Origin: Tenericutes bacterium MZ-XQ
Lineage (GTDB): Bacteria; Bacillota_I; Bacilli_A; Acholeplasmatales; Acholeplasmataceae
DNA: 64,000 nt
Assembly: GCA_002838205.1 (NCBI GenBank)
Contig: CP017950.1
Location: 686,858 to 750,857 of the forward strand
Direction of reading: 5' to 3'
The position numbers were made by a program, and so were the translations under genes. Below are positions 31,278 through 41,908 of this stretch, piece after piece (position 1 is the first letter of the stretch; each line of letters starts with the position of its first letter). The notes under the pieces were generated by a model, which saw only the letters and a list, made by a program, of their open reading frames with translations, was not told where the DNA came from and did not search any database.

Positions 31278-32723
31278 TTATTTTTCTTTCTTAACTTCTT
31301 TTTTTTCTGGTGCTTTTTCTTCTTTGACTTCTTCTTTTTCTACTTTTTTAGGATGAATATTATTCCCTAAATATTTAGGAAGTTCCATACCTGCCATCGC
31401 AAAAAGATCTTGCATTGGAGGAATCGCACGCATTAAGTTAGATGCAAAATTAGCAGTTTGTGTTGTACCATCTTTACCTTGGCCACCATCCCAAACAGTA
31501 ATCTTATCAAATTTAAGATTCTTAATAGCTTCAACTTGAATACCAACTAATGTTTCAAGTTTATCTGCAATAAGTAGCTTAATTGCTGCATCAGAGTCAT
31601 TGTTAGCTGCTTTAACTAATTGAGTGAAACCTTCAGCTTGTTTTTGAAGAATTTCAAACATACCGCGACCTTCAGCTTCCATCTTCGCATAAATCGCATC
31701 CGCTTCACCTTTTGCTTTTCTTCTTGTTTCTTCAGCAACCGCTTCTGCTTCAATAACTTTCTTTTGCTTTTCGATTTCTGATTTAACAATAATATCGGCT
31801 TCAAGTGATGCTTTTTCACGAGCAGCTCTCGCAAGTTCAGCTTCTTTTTCAGCAACATATGATTCTTCTAATGCTTTTGCAGACGCAATTTTTTCTGCTG
31901 CAGTTGCTCTTCTTAACGCTTCAGCTTCAATTTCACGACGTGTTGCATTTGACTTAGAGATTTCTCCTAAAGAGTTATTTTCCCCTTCAATTGCAAGTGC
32001 ATCTGCAGTTGCAACTTGAATTCTTTGATCTCTTAAGGCTTCAGCTTCACCAATCGAACCATCACGATTCTTTTCTGCTACGCTCTTTTTCGCGTCATTG
32101 ATTGCTTTCGCTGCTGCTTCTTTACCTAACGCTTCGATATATCCTGATTCATCATTGATATCGGTAACGTTAACGTTGATCAATCTTAAACCGATTTTCT
32201 TAAGTTCTGTTTCAACGTTGTCACTTACTGCTTCTAAGAACTTATCTCTGTTGGTATTGATTTCTTCAATATCCATTGTTGCAATCACTAGACGTAATTG
32301 ACCAAAGATAATATCTTTAGCTAATTCTTGAATTTCACTTAACTGTAATCCTAATAAACGCTCTGCAGCATTCATCATTACACTTGGTTCAGTGGAAATC
32401 CCTACAGTAAATCTTGAAGGAACATCAATACGAATATTTTGTCTTGATAACGCCTTAGTTAAATCAACACTAATTGATAATGGAGTTAAATCAAGGTATT
32501 CATAAGCTTGAATAAATGGATAAACAAATTTCGCTCCCCCGTGAATACATGTTGCAGATCGGCTAGTACCATCAGTATTTTGTCCGACCTTCCCGTAAAT
32601 AACCATAATCTTGTCTGATGGACATTTCTTAATTCTTGATACAATAAAGGCAATAACCATAAATACGATAACCAATATTGCAACAATTAAACCAAAAAGT
32701 CCACCTGCTGTCATTAAAATCAT
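31278..32723 (-). CDS. floT: flotillin-like protein (SPFH/band-7 domain, FloT/YuaG-like)
   Basis: N-terminal TM, SPFH domain, long Ala/Glu-rich coiled coil (EAEALRRATAAEKIASAKALEESYVAEKEAELARAAREKA). Confidence 0.8.
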   Translation of the reverse strand: MILMTAGGLFGLIVAILVIVFMVIAFIVSRIKKCPSDKIMVIYGKVGQNTDGTSRSATCIHGGAKFVYPFIQAYEYLDLTPLSISVDLTKALSRQNIRIDVPSRFTVGISTEPSVMMNAAERLLGLQLSEIQELAKDIIFGQLRLVIATMDIEEINTNRDKFLEAVSDNVETELKKIGLRLINVNVTDINDESGYIEALGKEAAAKAINDAKKSVAEKNRDGSIGEAEALRDQRIQVATADALAIEGENNSLGEISKSNATRREIEAEALRRATAAEKIASAKALEESYVAEKEAELARAAREKASLEADIIVKSEIEKQKKVIEAEAVAEETRRKAKGEADAIYAKMEAEGRGMFEILQKQAEGFTQLVKAANNDSDAAIKLLIADKLETLVGIQVEAIKNLKFDKITVWDGGQGKDGTTQTANFASNLMRAIPPMQDLFAMAGMELPKYLGNNIHPKKVEKEEVKEEKAPEKKEVKKEK

Positions 32724-32740
32724 GTTCTATTCTCCTTTTT

Positions 32741-33340
32741 TTATTTTGTCTTTTTTACAAGTAATGTACTTTCATCTTCTAAAGCTGCTACAACAACTTT
32801 AGTATTTCTAATTAAATCTTCTTTTTCATCAGTTAAAGCATCTACTTCGACCATTTTACCTTGTTGATTTAATATAACTTTCCCGCGTCCTTTTCTCTCT
32901 GCAGGTACTCTAATATAAATCATTGCTGGTTTGCCAATTGCGCTTTGATAATCAAGATTACCAGACGATTCTAATTTCATCGCTTGTTTAAGTGCATATG
33001 CTAGTAAAAATGCAGCAATCACACCAGCAACTGCTCCAATGAGTGCTGCTAGCCACTCAGGCATAGCATCACTTAATAAGTAAGTTGTCCAACCTCCAAT
33101 ACTTAAAAAGGCTAAAACACCTCTAACACTTAAAATTTTTAAACCACCAATGCCACTGATTGGTTCATCGTTGATTGCATCGATATCAAAATCTACATCA
33201 TCAACACCTTCAAAACTGTCAATTTCATCCATACCAATAAACATTAAAATGATTAAAACAATCATCACCACTGTAGCAACAACTGCAATCACGAAAAATG
33301 TTTGTTGAAATGCTGTCATATCTCCCCACATATAAAACAC
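32741..33340 (-). CDS. NfeD-like membrane protein (YuaF-like), flotillin partner
   Basis: N-terminal TM helices plus a C-terminal OB-fold-like soluble domain, immediately upstream of the flotillin gene. Confidence 0.6.
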   Translation of the reverse strand: MFYMWGDMTAFQQTFFVIAVVATVVMIVLIILMFIGMDEIDSFEGVDDVDFDIDAINDEPISGIGGLKILSVRGVLAFLSIGGWTTYLLSDAMPEWLAALIGAVAGVIAAFLLAYALKQAMKLESSGNLDYQSAIGKPAMIYIRVPAERKGRGKVILNQQGKMVEVDALTDEKEDLIRNTKVVVAALEDESTLLVKKTK

Positions 33341-33495
33341 CTCGCATTCTTATATCTTATATCAATTATACACCATGTAAGTCTATATTTTCAATTGAAT
33401 CAAATAAATAACATATTTTTGGATAATCTTTACTTAAAGCGATTTTCTATCTAAATAATCACTGAATAGTCTAATGCATTCTTTTTATTTCATAA

Positions 33496-34257
33496 TTACT
33501 TTAAAAACTTATAGTCATTGATCACAAACATAACAATACCTATTATGATGAACATAGACAACAATGAAGCGTTATAGATATTCATTTGCTTGTCCAAATA
33601 ATAACCATTTTGACTTAGATGCTTCATAAAAATACCAAAATAGGCCCAAATGTATACTAAAAAATACGGGAAATTCTTAGTGATTACCAATGATGCTACA
33701 CCAATAAGGAGTCCAACACATGTTATACTAATATACCAAAAAGCCTCATGGTTTGTAAATATCGGTACTTGTAATTTCACAATGGTAATTGTGATATTTG
33801 CAATAAGCGCTATACTAATCCAACCAGCATATATACTAAACGTTGTTTTCGTTAAGACACTTAGATTCGGTAAGAAAAACGCAATCCAAATTAAAGAGAT
33901 AAACAGTAAAATCATGACCACAGTTGATAAAACCATATAGTCATAGTGCCACGCTAAAAGCCATAATGCATTAAAGATGGTTGTAGCAAAAAACAAATAC
34001 ACGAATTTTTCTTGGTATTGATTAAAAAAATCTGATTGCGGTGTGATGATAAATCTTATCATGACAATCGAAAGTAATATATATATAACGCCCCAAATTG
34101 AAAAAGTAAATCCTGAAGGCGTGAAATACGAAGGATAAAGGTCTGAAATCTCACCTGTATTTCTATTGTTTAGTGGTAATGCGTTTGCTAAGTAATTCAT
34201 CACAAGCATACATACAAAACCCAATCCTAAAATACTTTTTAATATAACTACTTTCAT
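33496..34257 (-). CDS. TspO/MBR-like tryptophan-rich integral membrane protein (putative)
   Basis: 253 aa polytopic protein. N-terminal motif LANALPLNNRNTGEISDLYPSYFTPSGFTFSIWGVIY resembles the TspO family. Assignment is tentative. Confidence 0.35.
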   Translation of the reverse strand: MKVVILKSILGLGFVCMLVMNYLANALPLNNRNTGEISDLYPSYFTPSGFTFSIWGVIYILLSIVMIRFIITPQSDFFNQYQEKFVYLFFATTIFNALWLLAWHYDYMVLSTVVMILLFISLIWIAFFLPNLSVLTKTTFSIYAGWISIALIANITITIVKLQVPIFTNHEAFWYISITCVGLLIGVASLVITKNFPYFLVYIWAYFGIFMKHLSQNGYYLDKQMNIYNASLLSMFIIIGIVMFVINDYKFLK

Positions 34258-34368
34258 GAAACCACCTTCTTTTCTTTATTACTCTCATTTTATATGATTT
34301 ATCTGTAAATAAAAAGGCTATCACATCAATTTAAAAAAAGAACGCACATATCAAAATGTGTGTTCTTG

Positions 34369-34932
34369 TTATTGATGCTCAATTAAAAGCTCTTTTAAAT
34401 GTTTAAATAATATCGTTTGATTTGTATAGAAATCCAAATATTTTTGGTCTCTTTTCAATAATGCTTGCTCATTTGTTTTTATGACATCATCGATATCAAT
34501 ATATGCATATTTTAAACCTAATGCTTGCTCATATTCTATTAGATTTTGAACGCCCCATCTTTTAATATTTACTAAATATAAGTGATGTGTTGGTATAAAA
34601 TTTAGATCTTCATCAGGTTTTTTCCTAATTGACGTCATTTTCCCAAGATATTTAACGATTTCTAAATCATCTGCTCCAACTTCCTCAAACATTTCTCTTT
34701 TTAATGCTTCTTCCATTGTTTCATTTGACTCGATACCACCACCAGGGGTACCATAAATCAATTCATCTTTAGGATAAACAACTAAGATTTTTCTATCTTG
34801 TATTGATATCCCTCTTACCACTTCTCTTTTGACAGCTTTATCCTCTAAGTCAAGTTTTTTATCGATGATATCAAAATCTATAGTAAACTCTGACTTATTT
34901 TTAATGATTTGAACTTGATTACTATATTTCAT
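34369..34932 (-). CDS. NUDIX hydrolase
   Basis: Nudix box GGGIESNETMEEALKREMFEEVG. Confidence 0.75.
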   Translation of the reverse strand: MKYSNQVQIIKNKSEFTIDFDIIDKKLDLEDKAVKREVVRGISIQDRKILVVYPKDELIYGTPGGGIESNETMEEALKREMFEEVGADDLEIVKYLGKMTSIRKKPDEDLNFIPTHHLYLVNIKRWGVQNLIEYEQALGLKYAYIDIDDVIKTNEQALLKRDQKYLDFYTNQTILFKHLKELLIEHQ

Positions 34933-34959
34933 GTTTTTATCCTTTTCTCTTTCTTTTAA

Positions 34960-36375
34960 TTATTTGAGCTGGTTTGTTACATCTTCTCTTTTATCGTTGA
35001 TGTAAGATTCAACATTTCTTAATCCAAAAGACTGATTGTGAAGTGCATGATCAAAAGTCCCTTCAAAAACTTGTTTAACCAAATGATATCTAGTAATAAA
35101 ATAATTTGTCGTAAAATATGTATCATTAAGAATTTCATTTAAAATTTGATCATATAAAGCTTTATATGCACCGTTTTCCAATATTCTATCAACTAGTGGG
35201 TGCTTATAATCAAAACCTGTTAAAGCATCGTTTAAATCAAACCAATCATATATATCAACGCCAATCGAGTAATTTGGATAAACACTGCTTTGCCACCAAC
35301 CTTGACCTAGACCATGATCAAAATCGTAAGGTATCATCATCCATCTTAAATTTTCACTATTTTGATACATAAAATAGTTGTTACCCATTGCTCTATAATC
35401 ATCAGGATTTCCAATAAAAACGTTAACTGCAAGTAACCTTAAAAACATTTCTACTTCAAAATACTGATTCAAGTAAGTTTCTAGTTCTTGATCGCTTAAA
35501 AAATTCAATTGATCTATAAAATCTAAAAGAGCACTATGATCTGATGTGTCTTTGTTTGTTTTCAAATCATATGCTGGCATATAATTTGAACGAACATCTC
35601 TAATACCTATTGCATCAGGATTCGTTATAGGTTCAAGGGTAGCGGGTCCATAGTGTTGCCACAAAGATTTATATAAGTCGCCATCACTTTCCGCTTTAGA
35701 AAATCTTCTTTCAATAAACTCATCATCAATAGGCTCAAAGGCTGTATACAACCCCATCAATGTTTCATCTCCATCAATGCTAAGACTTAAAAGCACAAAA
35801 GACGTTTTAGAAGCATGCACACCAAACTGGTTAAACATATCAAGAGCATAAGATTCAGTGATATAAGTCTCATCATCGTTTCGATTCCATTTCAAGTCAA
35901 GCTCTTTAAGTTCAAAACCTCTTCTACCAGAATTTTCAGGATGAAGTCCTGAAAATTGTTCTCTAAAATTGATTTTGAAACTATTCATATTAATATTGCC
36001 TGATTCATCCATAAGTGGTTGTAAAGATAGGTTGCCTCTTGTTCTAAAGCCAATATTGTCAATTTCAATCTTACCCTGATCATCTTCATAAATCATATCA
36101 GCATGAACATATTGATCAGTTTTTAGATTGCCAAACTGTGACTGATGATCCAATAGAGATTGAGCTAAAGACTCCCAGTTCTCTTCTGTTAGATTAATTG
36201 TAATTTTTCTATAAGTAATCGATTCGAAAAGGCGATCAAATGTACCTAATGATTCATCAATGATTGGACCTTCAGGATCTTTTGGATCGGGTACAAACTC
36301 AAAATTAACTTCATCACAGGATGAAAGTGCGATGATGAAACCGAATATTATGATAATTAAAGCGATTTTCTTCAT
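34960..36375 (-). CDS. CotH-kinase-family lipoprotein (putative)
   Basis: Lipobox ALSSC signal peptide. CotH-like motif NNYFMYQNSENLRWMMIPYDFDHGLG. Confidence 0.5.
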   Translation of the reverse strand: MKKIALIIIIFGFIIALSSCDEVNFEFVPDPKDPEGPIIDESLGTFDRLFESITYRKITINLTEENWESLAQSLLDHQSQFGNLKTDQYVHADMIYEDDQGKIEIDNIGFRTRGNLSLQPLMDESGNINMNSFKINFREQFSGLHPENSGRRGFELKELDLKWNRNDDETYITESYALDMFNQFGVHASKTSFVLLSLSIDGDETLMGLYTAFEPIDDEFIERRFSKAESDGDLYKSLWQHYGPATLEPITNPDAIGIRDVRSNYMPAYDLKTNKDTSDHSALLDFIDQLNFLSDQELETYLNQYFEVEMFLRLLAVNVFIGNPDDYRAMGNNYFMYQNSENLRWMMIPYDFDHGLGQGWWQSSVYPNYSIGVDIYDWFDLNDALTGFDYKHPLVDRILENGAYKALYDQILNEILNDTYFTTNYFITRYHLVKQVFEGTFDHALHNQSFGLRNVESYINDKREDVTNQLK

Positions 36376-36393
36376 ATACCTCACCATCACTTT

Positions 36394-36747
36394 TTAAAGT
36401 TCTCTTACAAATTTGATTTCGATACCAAGGACACCATGAATGATTTGCTGTTCTTTTGAATAGTACTTTAACATATCATCAGGACTTGCATCTCTTATAT
36501 TTGATTTATCATATCCACATTGATCTAATGGTAAATTATCATATAATGCTTCAAATGTATGATATTGATAAAGATTCATTACGATAACTTCCATTTTATT
36601 TGTATGATTTGATGTATGTGTAAATTCAATCATATCTCCAATACGTATGAAAGATCTTTTCTCATCGTTTAAACGCAACTCAATGGTTTTATCACCATTT
36701 TTGATCATTTCATAAGGTTCTGGAGTTAAACTCATATAGTGTCTCAT
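36394..36747 (-). CDS. ASCH domain protein
   Basis: 117 aa, PUA-like ASCH fold pattern (IKNGDKTIELRLNDEKR...GDMIEF). Confidence 0.55.
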   Translation of the reverse strand: MRHYMSLTPEPYEMIKNGDKTIELRLNDEKRSFIRIGDMIEFTHTSNHTNKMEVIVMNLYQYHTFEALYDNLPLDQCGYDKSNIRDASPDDMLKYYSKEQQIIHGVLGIEIKFVREL

Positions 36748-36859
36748 AATTCACCCATACATCTAAAGCAACTCATTGCTTAGACATTTTGCCTTTCATC
36801 ATTTGCTTAATATATATTAGTTTATCACAAAAACCAATCAAATATACAGTACATCTAAA

Positions 36860-36902
36860 CATGAAACAAATAAAAGAGTTGAAGTTTGATTTTCAACTCT
36901 TC
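36860..36902 (-). terminator. rho-independent terminator after pepF
   Basis: Perfect 10-bp stem AAGAGTTGAA/TTCAACTCTT followed by a T-run on the minus strand. Confidence 0.7.
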
Positions 36903-36909
36903 TTAATAT

Positions 36910-38718
36910 TTATTTTTCTTGTTTGCTGGCAATGATATCGTCAATAATCTTTGATATCTCTTCAATAACTTCAAGCAAAACTCCATCAGTTGATAAATCA
37001 ACATTTACCATTTTTGCTAGATCAAGAGGGGCTTTTGTGCCTCCGGCTTTTAAAACAGCAATCCAGTCTTCCGGTTTAATCGTATGTTGCTCAATCATTT
37101 TAGATACTTTAGTACCTAATGTAAGACCAGCAGAATATGTATATGGATAAAGTCCCATAAAATAATGTGGTTGTCTCATCCACGTTAGACCTGCCCACTC
37201 TGGAATCGTAACAGCATCTCCCCAAAACTTACGCAATATGTTAAGTTTAATATGATTTAATATATTTGCTGAAAGTGGTTCTTTTCGATCAACTTTCAAA
37301 TAAACTTCTCTTTGGAAAGCTGCCTCTAATAAATGGGTCACAAAGTTATGATAATATGTTCTTGATATCATCACAGATTTAATCCAAGTTTTCTCTCTTT
37401 CTGATTGAGCATTTTCAATCAGATGATTTGCCATTAATAACTCATTGGTTGTTGATGGTGCCTCAACAAAGTACATAGATGGTCTGGTATTTAATATGCT
37501 TTGATGACTGTTTGCATACTGGAAGTGACCAGCATGACCAATTTCATGTGCTAAAACCATGACTTCATCCATTTGACCGTTCCAATTAATTAATATATAT
37601 GAGGATGCACCATAAGGTGATGAACAAAATCCGCCTGTTGATTTTCCTTGATTTTGAGGAAAATCAATCCATCTTTCATCAAACGCTTTTTTAACGATTT
37701 GATTATACTCTTCGCCTAAAACTGATAAACCTTCTATGAGCAATTTTTTTGATTGTTCAATCGTTACTTTAGGTTCAAATGTTGGGTCTACAGCAATTTT
37801 TAAATCAGCATAAGTCATTTGATCTAATCCATGAATTTTTTGAAGACATTTCGCATATCTTCTCATGGCTGGTGCTAATTTCTCCATAATCAAATCAATT
37901 TGACGGTCCATAAAATCCTTGGTTACTTTTTGGTCATGTAGCAAATAATCGAAGACACTTGAATAACCTCTAAGTTCAGACATTATTTTTTCTCTTTGTA
38001 CGTGTGCTTGATAATTACTTGCAAACCCATGTTGGTACTCGGCTAGTTTTTGATAAAAAGTCTCATATGCTTTTCTTCTAACATTTGTGTTTTCTTCATA
38101 TTCATATTCATTTTCAAAAAGTGTGAATGAATTTGGATAAGTGACCTGATCTACTATAAAATCAGAAAATTTCATATCTGCTAATTTAAATCTACTATAG
38201 TTTGTATATGATGCGTTTAAAACTGGTGATAATGCCACAAGTGCTTTTTCTACATCAGGTAGTAGTGCATATTTTTTATCCTCCATTAAATCTGATAAAA
38301 AATACTTGTGATCTTCGTTTAGTTTTATAACATCTAACAAAAGTTCATTACTTGCTTGTTTTAGTTCATTCATAAAAAAAGAAAGTTTTCTTGAAATCGC
38401 CTGGAATCTTAGCATCGCTTTCCCTTGGCGCATTTGATTTTCTTCTAAAATTGAATCTGTACTCATTTGTAGTGATGCATACGCATTAATTCTAGATACT
38501 TGAGCTTGTATGCTTTGATACTTGATGAGTGCTTCATTAATCATTTCTTTTGTCTTTAATTGTTGTTCAAAATATTCACAAAATTGATGAACTTCTTTTT
38601 CTAAAAAGTCAAATGCTTTTAAAAAATCCTCTTCTTGTTTGAATAGGTTTTTCATATCCCATGTGTAATTAACGTCAAGTTCATGACGTTTTGGTAACTG
38701 TTTCTTCATTTCAATCAC
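36910..38718 (-). CDS. pepF: oligoendopeptidase F (M3B family)
   Basis: 602 aa with zinc-binding HEIGHAGHF and the downstream E of M3 peptidases. Confidence 0.85.
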   Translation of the reverse strand: MIEMKKQLPKRHELDVNYTWDMKNLFKQEEDFLKAFDFLEKEVHQFCEYFEQQLKTKEMINEALIKYQSIQAQVSRINAYASLQMSTDSILEENQMRQGKAMLRFQAISRKLSFFMNELKQASNELLLDVIKLNEDHKYFLSDLMEDKKYALLPDVEKALVALSPVLNASYTNYSRFKLADMKFSDFIVDQVTYPNSFTLFENEYEYEENTNVRRKAYETFYQKLAEYQHGFASNYQAHVQREKIMSELRGYSSVFDYLLHDQKVTKDFMDRQIDLIMEKLAPAMRRYAKCLQKIHGLDQMTYADLKIAVDPTFEPKVTIEQSKKLLIEGLSVLGEEYNQIVKKAFDERWIDFPQNQGKSTGGFCSSPYGASSYILINWNGQMDEVMVLAHEIGHAGHFQYANSHQSILNTRPSMYFVEAPSTTNELLMANHLIENAQSEREKTWIKSVMISRTYYHNFVTHLLEAAFQREVYLKVDRKEPLSANILNHIKLNILRKFWGDAVTIPEWAGLTWMRQPHYFMGLYPYTYSAGLTLGTKVSKMIEQHTIKPEDWIAVLKAGGTKAPLDLAKMVNVDLSTDGVLLEVIEEISKIIDDIIASKQEK

Positions 38719-38764
38719 TCCTTTAACTTATTATAACATAGCTCCTGATGATCTTTTTCAATGA

Positions 38765-39154
38765 TTATTTAACAACAAAAATTGACCCCACTTTTTCATA
38801 GCCAAGTTTTTTATAATATGCATCAACATCACTCATAACATAAACCGTTTGACTAGGATAATCTTTTGAAACTTTTTCTATTAGTTTTCGACCCAACTGC
38901 TTACCTCGGTGGCTTTTTCTTACAAGTAAGTCGTATATATAGATTCCAAATCCGCCATCATCCTTACAGCGAACGTAACCACATAACTCGTTATTCTTTA
39001 AAGCGATATAGACGATACTTGATGCGATTGCTTTCCTATATTTTTTGCGCCCATTTGGACTATGATAATCCATCCATTCATCACCTTCATCAACGAGTAA
39101 ATCAAATAATAAGGATTCATCATTTTTTGTATATTTTCTGATTTCCATAATCAT
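38765..39154 (-). CDS. GNAT family acetyltransferase (small)
   Basis: 129 aa, motif LLVRKSHRGKQLGRKLIEKV. Confidence 0.6.
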   Translation of the reverse strand: MIMEIRKYTKNDESLLFDLLVDEGDEWMDYHSPNGRKKYRKAIASSIVYIALKNNELCGYVRCKDDGGFGIYIYDLLVRKSHRGKQLGRKLIEKVSKDYPSQTVYVMSDVDAYYKKLGYEKVGSIFVVK

Positions 39155-39226
39155 TTCACCTCATTCATTAAACATACTGAACTTTCATATTTTTTTTCGA
39201 CCCTCAATATGTCATAAACTATATGC

Positions 39227-39991
39227 TTATAGATGAATTGCAATCTCGGTCATAATCTTGTTTATTTTCTCTTTAATTGATGCTCTTGTATCAAGAAAAT
39301 TAGACCAGCCTTCTTGTTTTACAATATCTGAAAAATATAAGACTTGAGAAAAAGGCACATTCCTATACTTACAAACTGCTGCAATTGAAGCACATTCCAT
39401 TTCAACTGCGATTGCGCCTTGTTCTTTACGCAATCCCATTCTTGATTTTGTTTCTCTATAAAACGCATCAGTTGTCCAAGTAATCCCTTGATCGCAATTA
39501 AGGTGGTGGCGTTTTAAAGCAGCTTCAATTAAACGATTTTGATTTTGGTCAGTTTCAACATACAAACTTGGTTCTAAATAATGATAACTTAAACCTTCAT
39601 CTCGAATTGCTTTTGTAACAATTAAAAAATTCTCTTTAGGGAAATCCCCAATAAGTCCACTACTACCACATGCTAATATCTTTTTAATCCCAAATGCTAA
39701 AAGCTCCTCAATTAAACCGCCAGTGGCAGGACCTCCAAGTGGCGCATATGCTACAACGATTTTATCATCATAAACATATTGGGATAAAATGCTAGACGCT
39801 GTAACAAACTTGTATAACTCTTTTGATTTGTCTAGGATTTCTTGTGAGGGTCTAGGATCAAATAAAACTAGAGCGGTTGTAATATGAGGTGGTAGCTTCT
39901 CTATATTTCTCGATGAAAACATTTTTTCTGCTGATATCAGTCCTTCTTCGTTTAATCCTATATGATCTATGATTGGAATATTTTTCTTCAT
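39227..39991 (-). CDS. nucleoside phosphorylase, PNP/UDP family
   Basis: 254 aa, family motifs (ACGSSGLIG...AVEMECASIA). Confidence 0.6.
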   Translation of the reverse strand: MKKNIPIIDHIGLNEEGLISAEKMFSSRNIEKLPPHITTALVLFDPRPSQEILDKSKELYKFVTASSILSQYVYDDKIVVAYAPLGGPATGGLIEELLAFGIKKILACGSSGLIGDFPKENFLIVTKAIRDEGLSYHYLEPSLYVETDQNQNRLIEAALKRHHLNCDQGITWTTDAFYRETKSRMGLRKEQGAIAVEMECASIAAVCKYRNVPFSQVLYFSDIVKQEGWSNFLDTRASIKEKINKIMTEIAIHL

Positions 39992-40033
39992 AAGTATGTC
40001 TCCTAATGTTCAATTTATCTTTCAGATGCTAAT

Positions 40034-41908
40034 TTAAATATCATCTTGTTCTTCAAGCAAACTATATAGTTTCGTAAGAGTTTTTAATAGTTCTTCTTTT
40101 TTTTCGTAATGGCTTAATAACTTCACATTATCAAAAGCATCCGCATTCATCTTTATATCAATTTCATTTACTTGATTTTCAATCTCTTCAATCTCACTGA
40201 TAATATCTCTATGCTCTATAGGTTTTTGTTTTACTCTAACTGCTGTTTTTTTATCTTTCTTTTTTTGCTTTTCTTCTTGTTCTTTTTGTTTCATAAGTTT
40301 GTAATAGCTAAAATCACCTTCATAATATTTAATCTTATAGTTTTGGATCTCACCTATTCTAGTAGCAATTTTATTAATAAAGTATCGGTCATGAGAGATA
40401 AATAATAATGTGCCTTGATAATCCATGAGCATTTCTTCTAATGTTTCTCTTGAATCAATATCCAAATGATTCGTTGGTTCATCCAAAATCATCAAATTGA
40501 CTTCATCATATGTCAGTGAACAAAGCATAAGCTTACTTTTTTCTCCACCACTTAACATATCAATTTGCTTAAAGACATCATCCTTAACAAATAATGCCTT
40601 GGCAAGCTCTCTTCTTGCTACTGCTTGATTTACATGATGTTTATCCATAAAAAAATCAATAATCGTTTGCTTTTCGTTATCAAAAATAACTTCTTGTGGT
40701 AAATAGCCAATCTTAATGTTACTACCCCACTTAAACATAGGGTCTTCTTTATGATAATCATTAAGTAACATATTTAGTAATGTCGTTTTTCCACTGCCAT
40801 TAGGACCCAATATGGCAAGATGATCTTGATATATCACATCCACATGTGCGTTTTTAAATATCACTAAATCATCAAATTGTTTCTTTATATTTTTGGCTTC
40901 TAAAACACGTTTTCCACTTCGCATCACTTTTCCATGATCAAGCTTCATTTTTTGATGCTCTTTCACTGGTTTATCTAAAGGTTCTATTTTACTTAATCTT
41001 TTCTCTAACTCTTTAGCTCTTTTAAACATTTTATCTGAATCTCGCATTTCTCCCCATATGCGATATCTTTTGATTTGCTCTTCCATTCGCTTCGTTTGTT
41101 TTTCCAAGGCTAAATAAGCTTTTAATTCTAACAGAAAACGTCTTTCTCTTTCGATTACATAATAACTATAATTACCGTGATAGACAATTGCGCGATTTAT
41201 GGATAGTTCAACAATTTTTTGACAAACATTGTCAAGGAAATATCGGTCATGCGAAACAATAATAACACTACCTTGATATTCTTTTAAATAGTTTTCAAGC
41301 CATTCAATAGATTCTAAATCAAGGTGATTACTTGGTTCATCTAATAGTAGAAGGCTAGGATTTTCTAATAAAATCTTCGCAAGCATCACTCTTGTTTTTT
41401 CTCCACCAGATAATACAGAAAATGATAGTTTTCTCATGTCGTTAGATATTTTTAATCCTGTACAAACTTTGTTTATGGTTGTTTCTACTAGATATCCATC
41501 TTTTTGTTCGAAGTCGTGGATTAAATCGCTATATGTATCTAATAATCGCTCTAAAGTTTTCCCAGTTTTATTTTGAAGTTGTTTAGCGATATCATCTATT
41601 TCTTTTTTTAAGTCCATAATATCTTTTTTTGCTTCTAGTAAAATGTCTTCTACAATAATGCCATCCTCTAGATCAGGAATTTGATCTAAATATCCAACAT
41701 GTGTTCCTTTTTTAAAAGTAACTTCACCTTCTGCAATATTTTCTTGCTTATTAAGAATCTTTAAGAGTGTTGTTTTTCCACAGCCATTTGGTCCAATAAG
41801 TCCAATGCGTTCACCGCTTTGGACTGAAAAAGAAATATTTTCAAAAATAAGGTTTGCACCATAAGATTTTTTTATGTTATTAATATTGCATTCAATCATG
41901 TTGCTCAC
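40034..41908 (-). CDS. ABC-F family ATPase (two ABC domains, Uup-like C-terminal coiled-coil extension)
   Basis: Two Walker A (GPNGCGKTT, GPNGSGKTT), two signature motifs (LSGGEKTRV, LSGGEKSKL), no TM domain, Lys/Glu-rich C-terminal tail. Confidence 0.8.
   Translation of the reverse strand: MSNMIECNINNIKKSYGANLIFENISFSVQSGERIGLIGPNGCGKTTLLKILNKQENIAEGEVTFKKGTHVGYLDQIPDLEDGIIVEDILLEAKKDIMDLKKEIDDIAKQLQNKTGKTLERLLDTYSDLIHDFEQKDGYLVETTINKVCTGLKISNDMRKLSFSVLSGGEKTRVMLAKILLENPSLLLLDEPSNHLDLESIEWLENYLKEYQGSVIIVSHDRYFLDNVCQKIVELSINRAIVYHGNYSYYVIERERRFLLELKAYLALEKQTKRMEEQIKRYRIWGEMRDSDKMFKRAKELEKRLSKIEPLDKPVKEHQKMKLDHGKVMRSGKRVLEAKNIKKQFDDLVIFKNAHVDVIYQDHLAILGPNGSGKTTLLNMLLNDYHKEDPMFKWGSNIKIGYLPQEVIFDNEKQTIIDFFMDKHHVNQAVARRELAKALFVKDDVFKQIDMLSGGEKSKLMLCSLTYDEVNLMILDEPTNHLDIDSRETLEEMLMDYQGTLLFISHDRYFINKIATRIGEIQNYKIKYYEGDFSYYKLMKQKEQEEKQKKKDKKTAVRVKQKPIEHRDIISEIEEIENQVNEIDIKMNADAFDNVKLLSHYEKKEELLKTLTKLYSLLEEQDDI

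Noticed and set aside
31616-31858. 80-aa Lys/Leu-rich ORF inside the flotillin gene
   Set aside because: Alternative-frame reading of the Ala/Glu/Lys coiled-coil region of floT. It has no independent signals.
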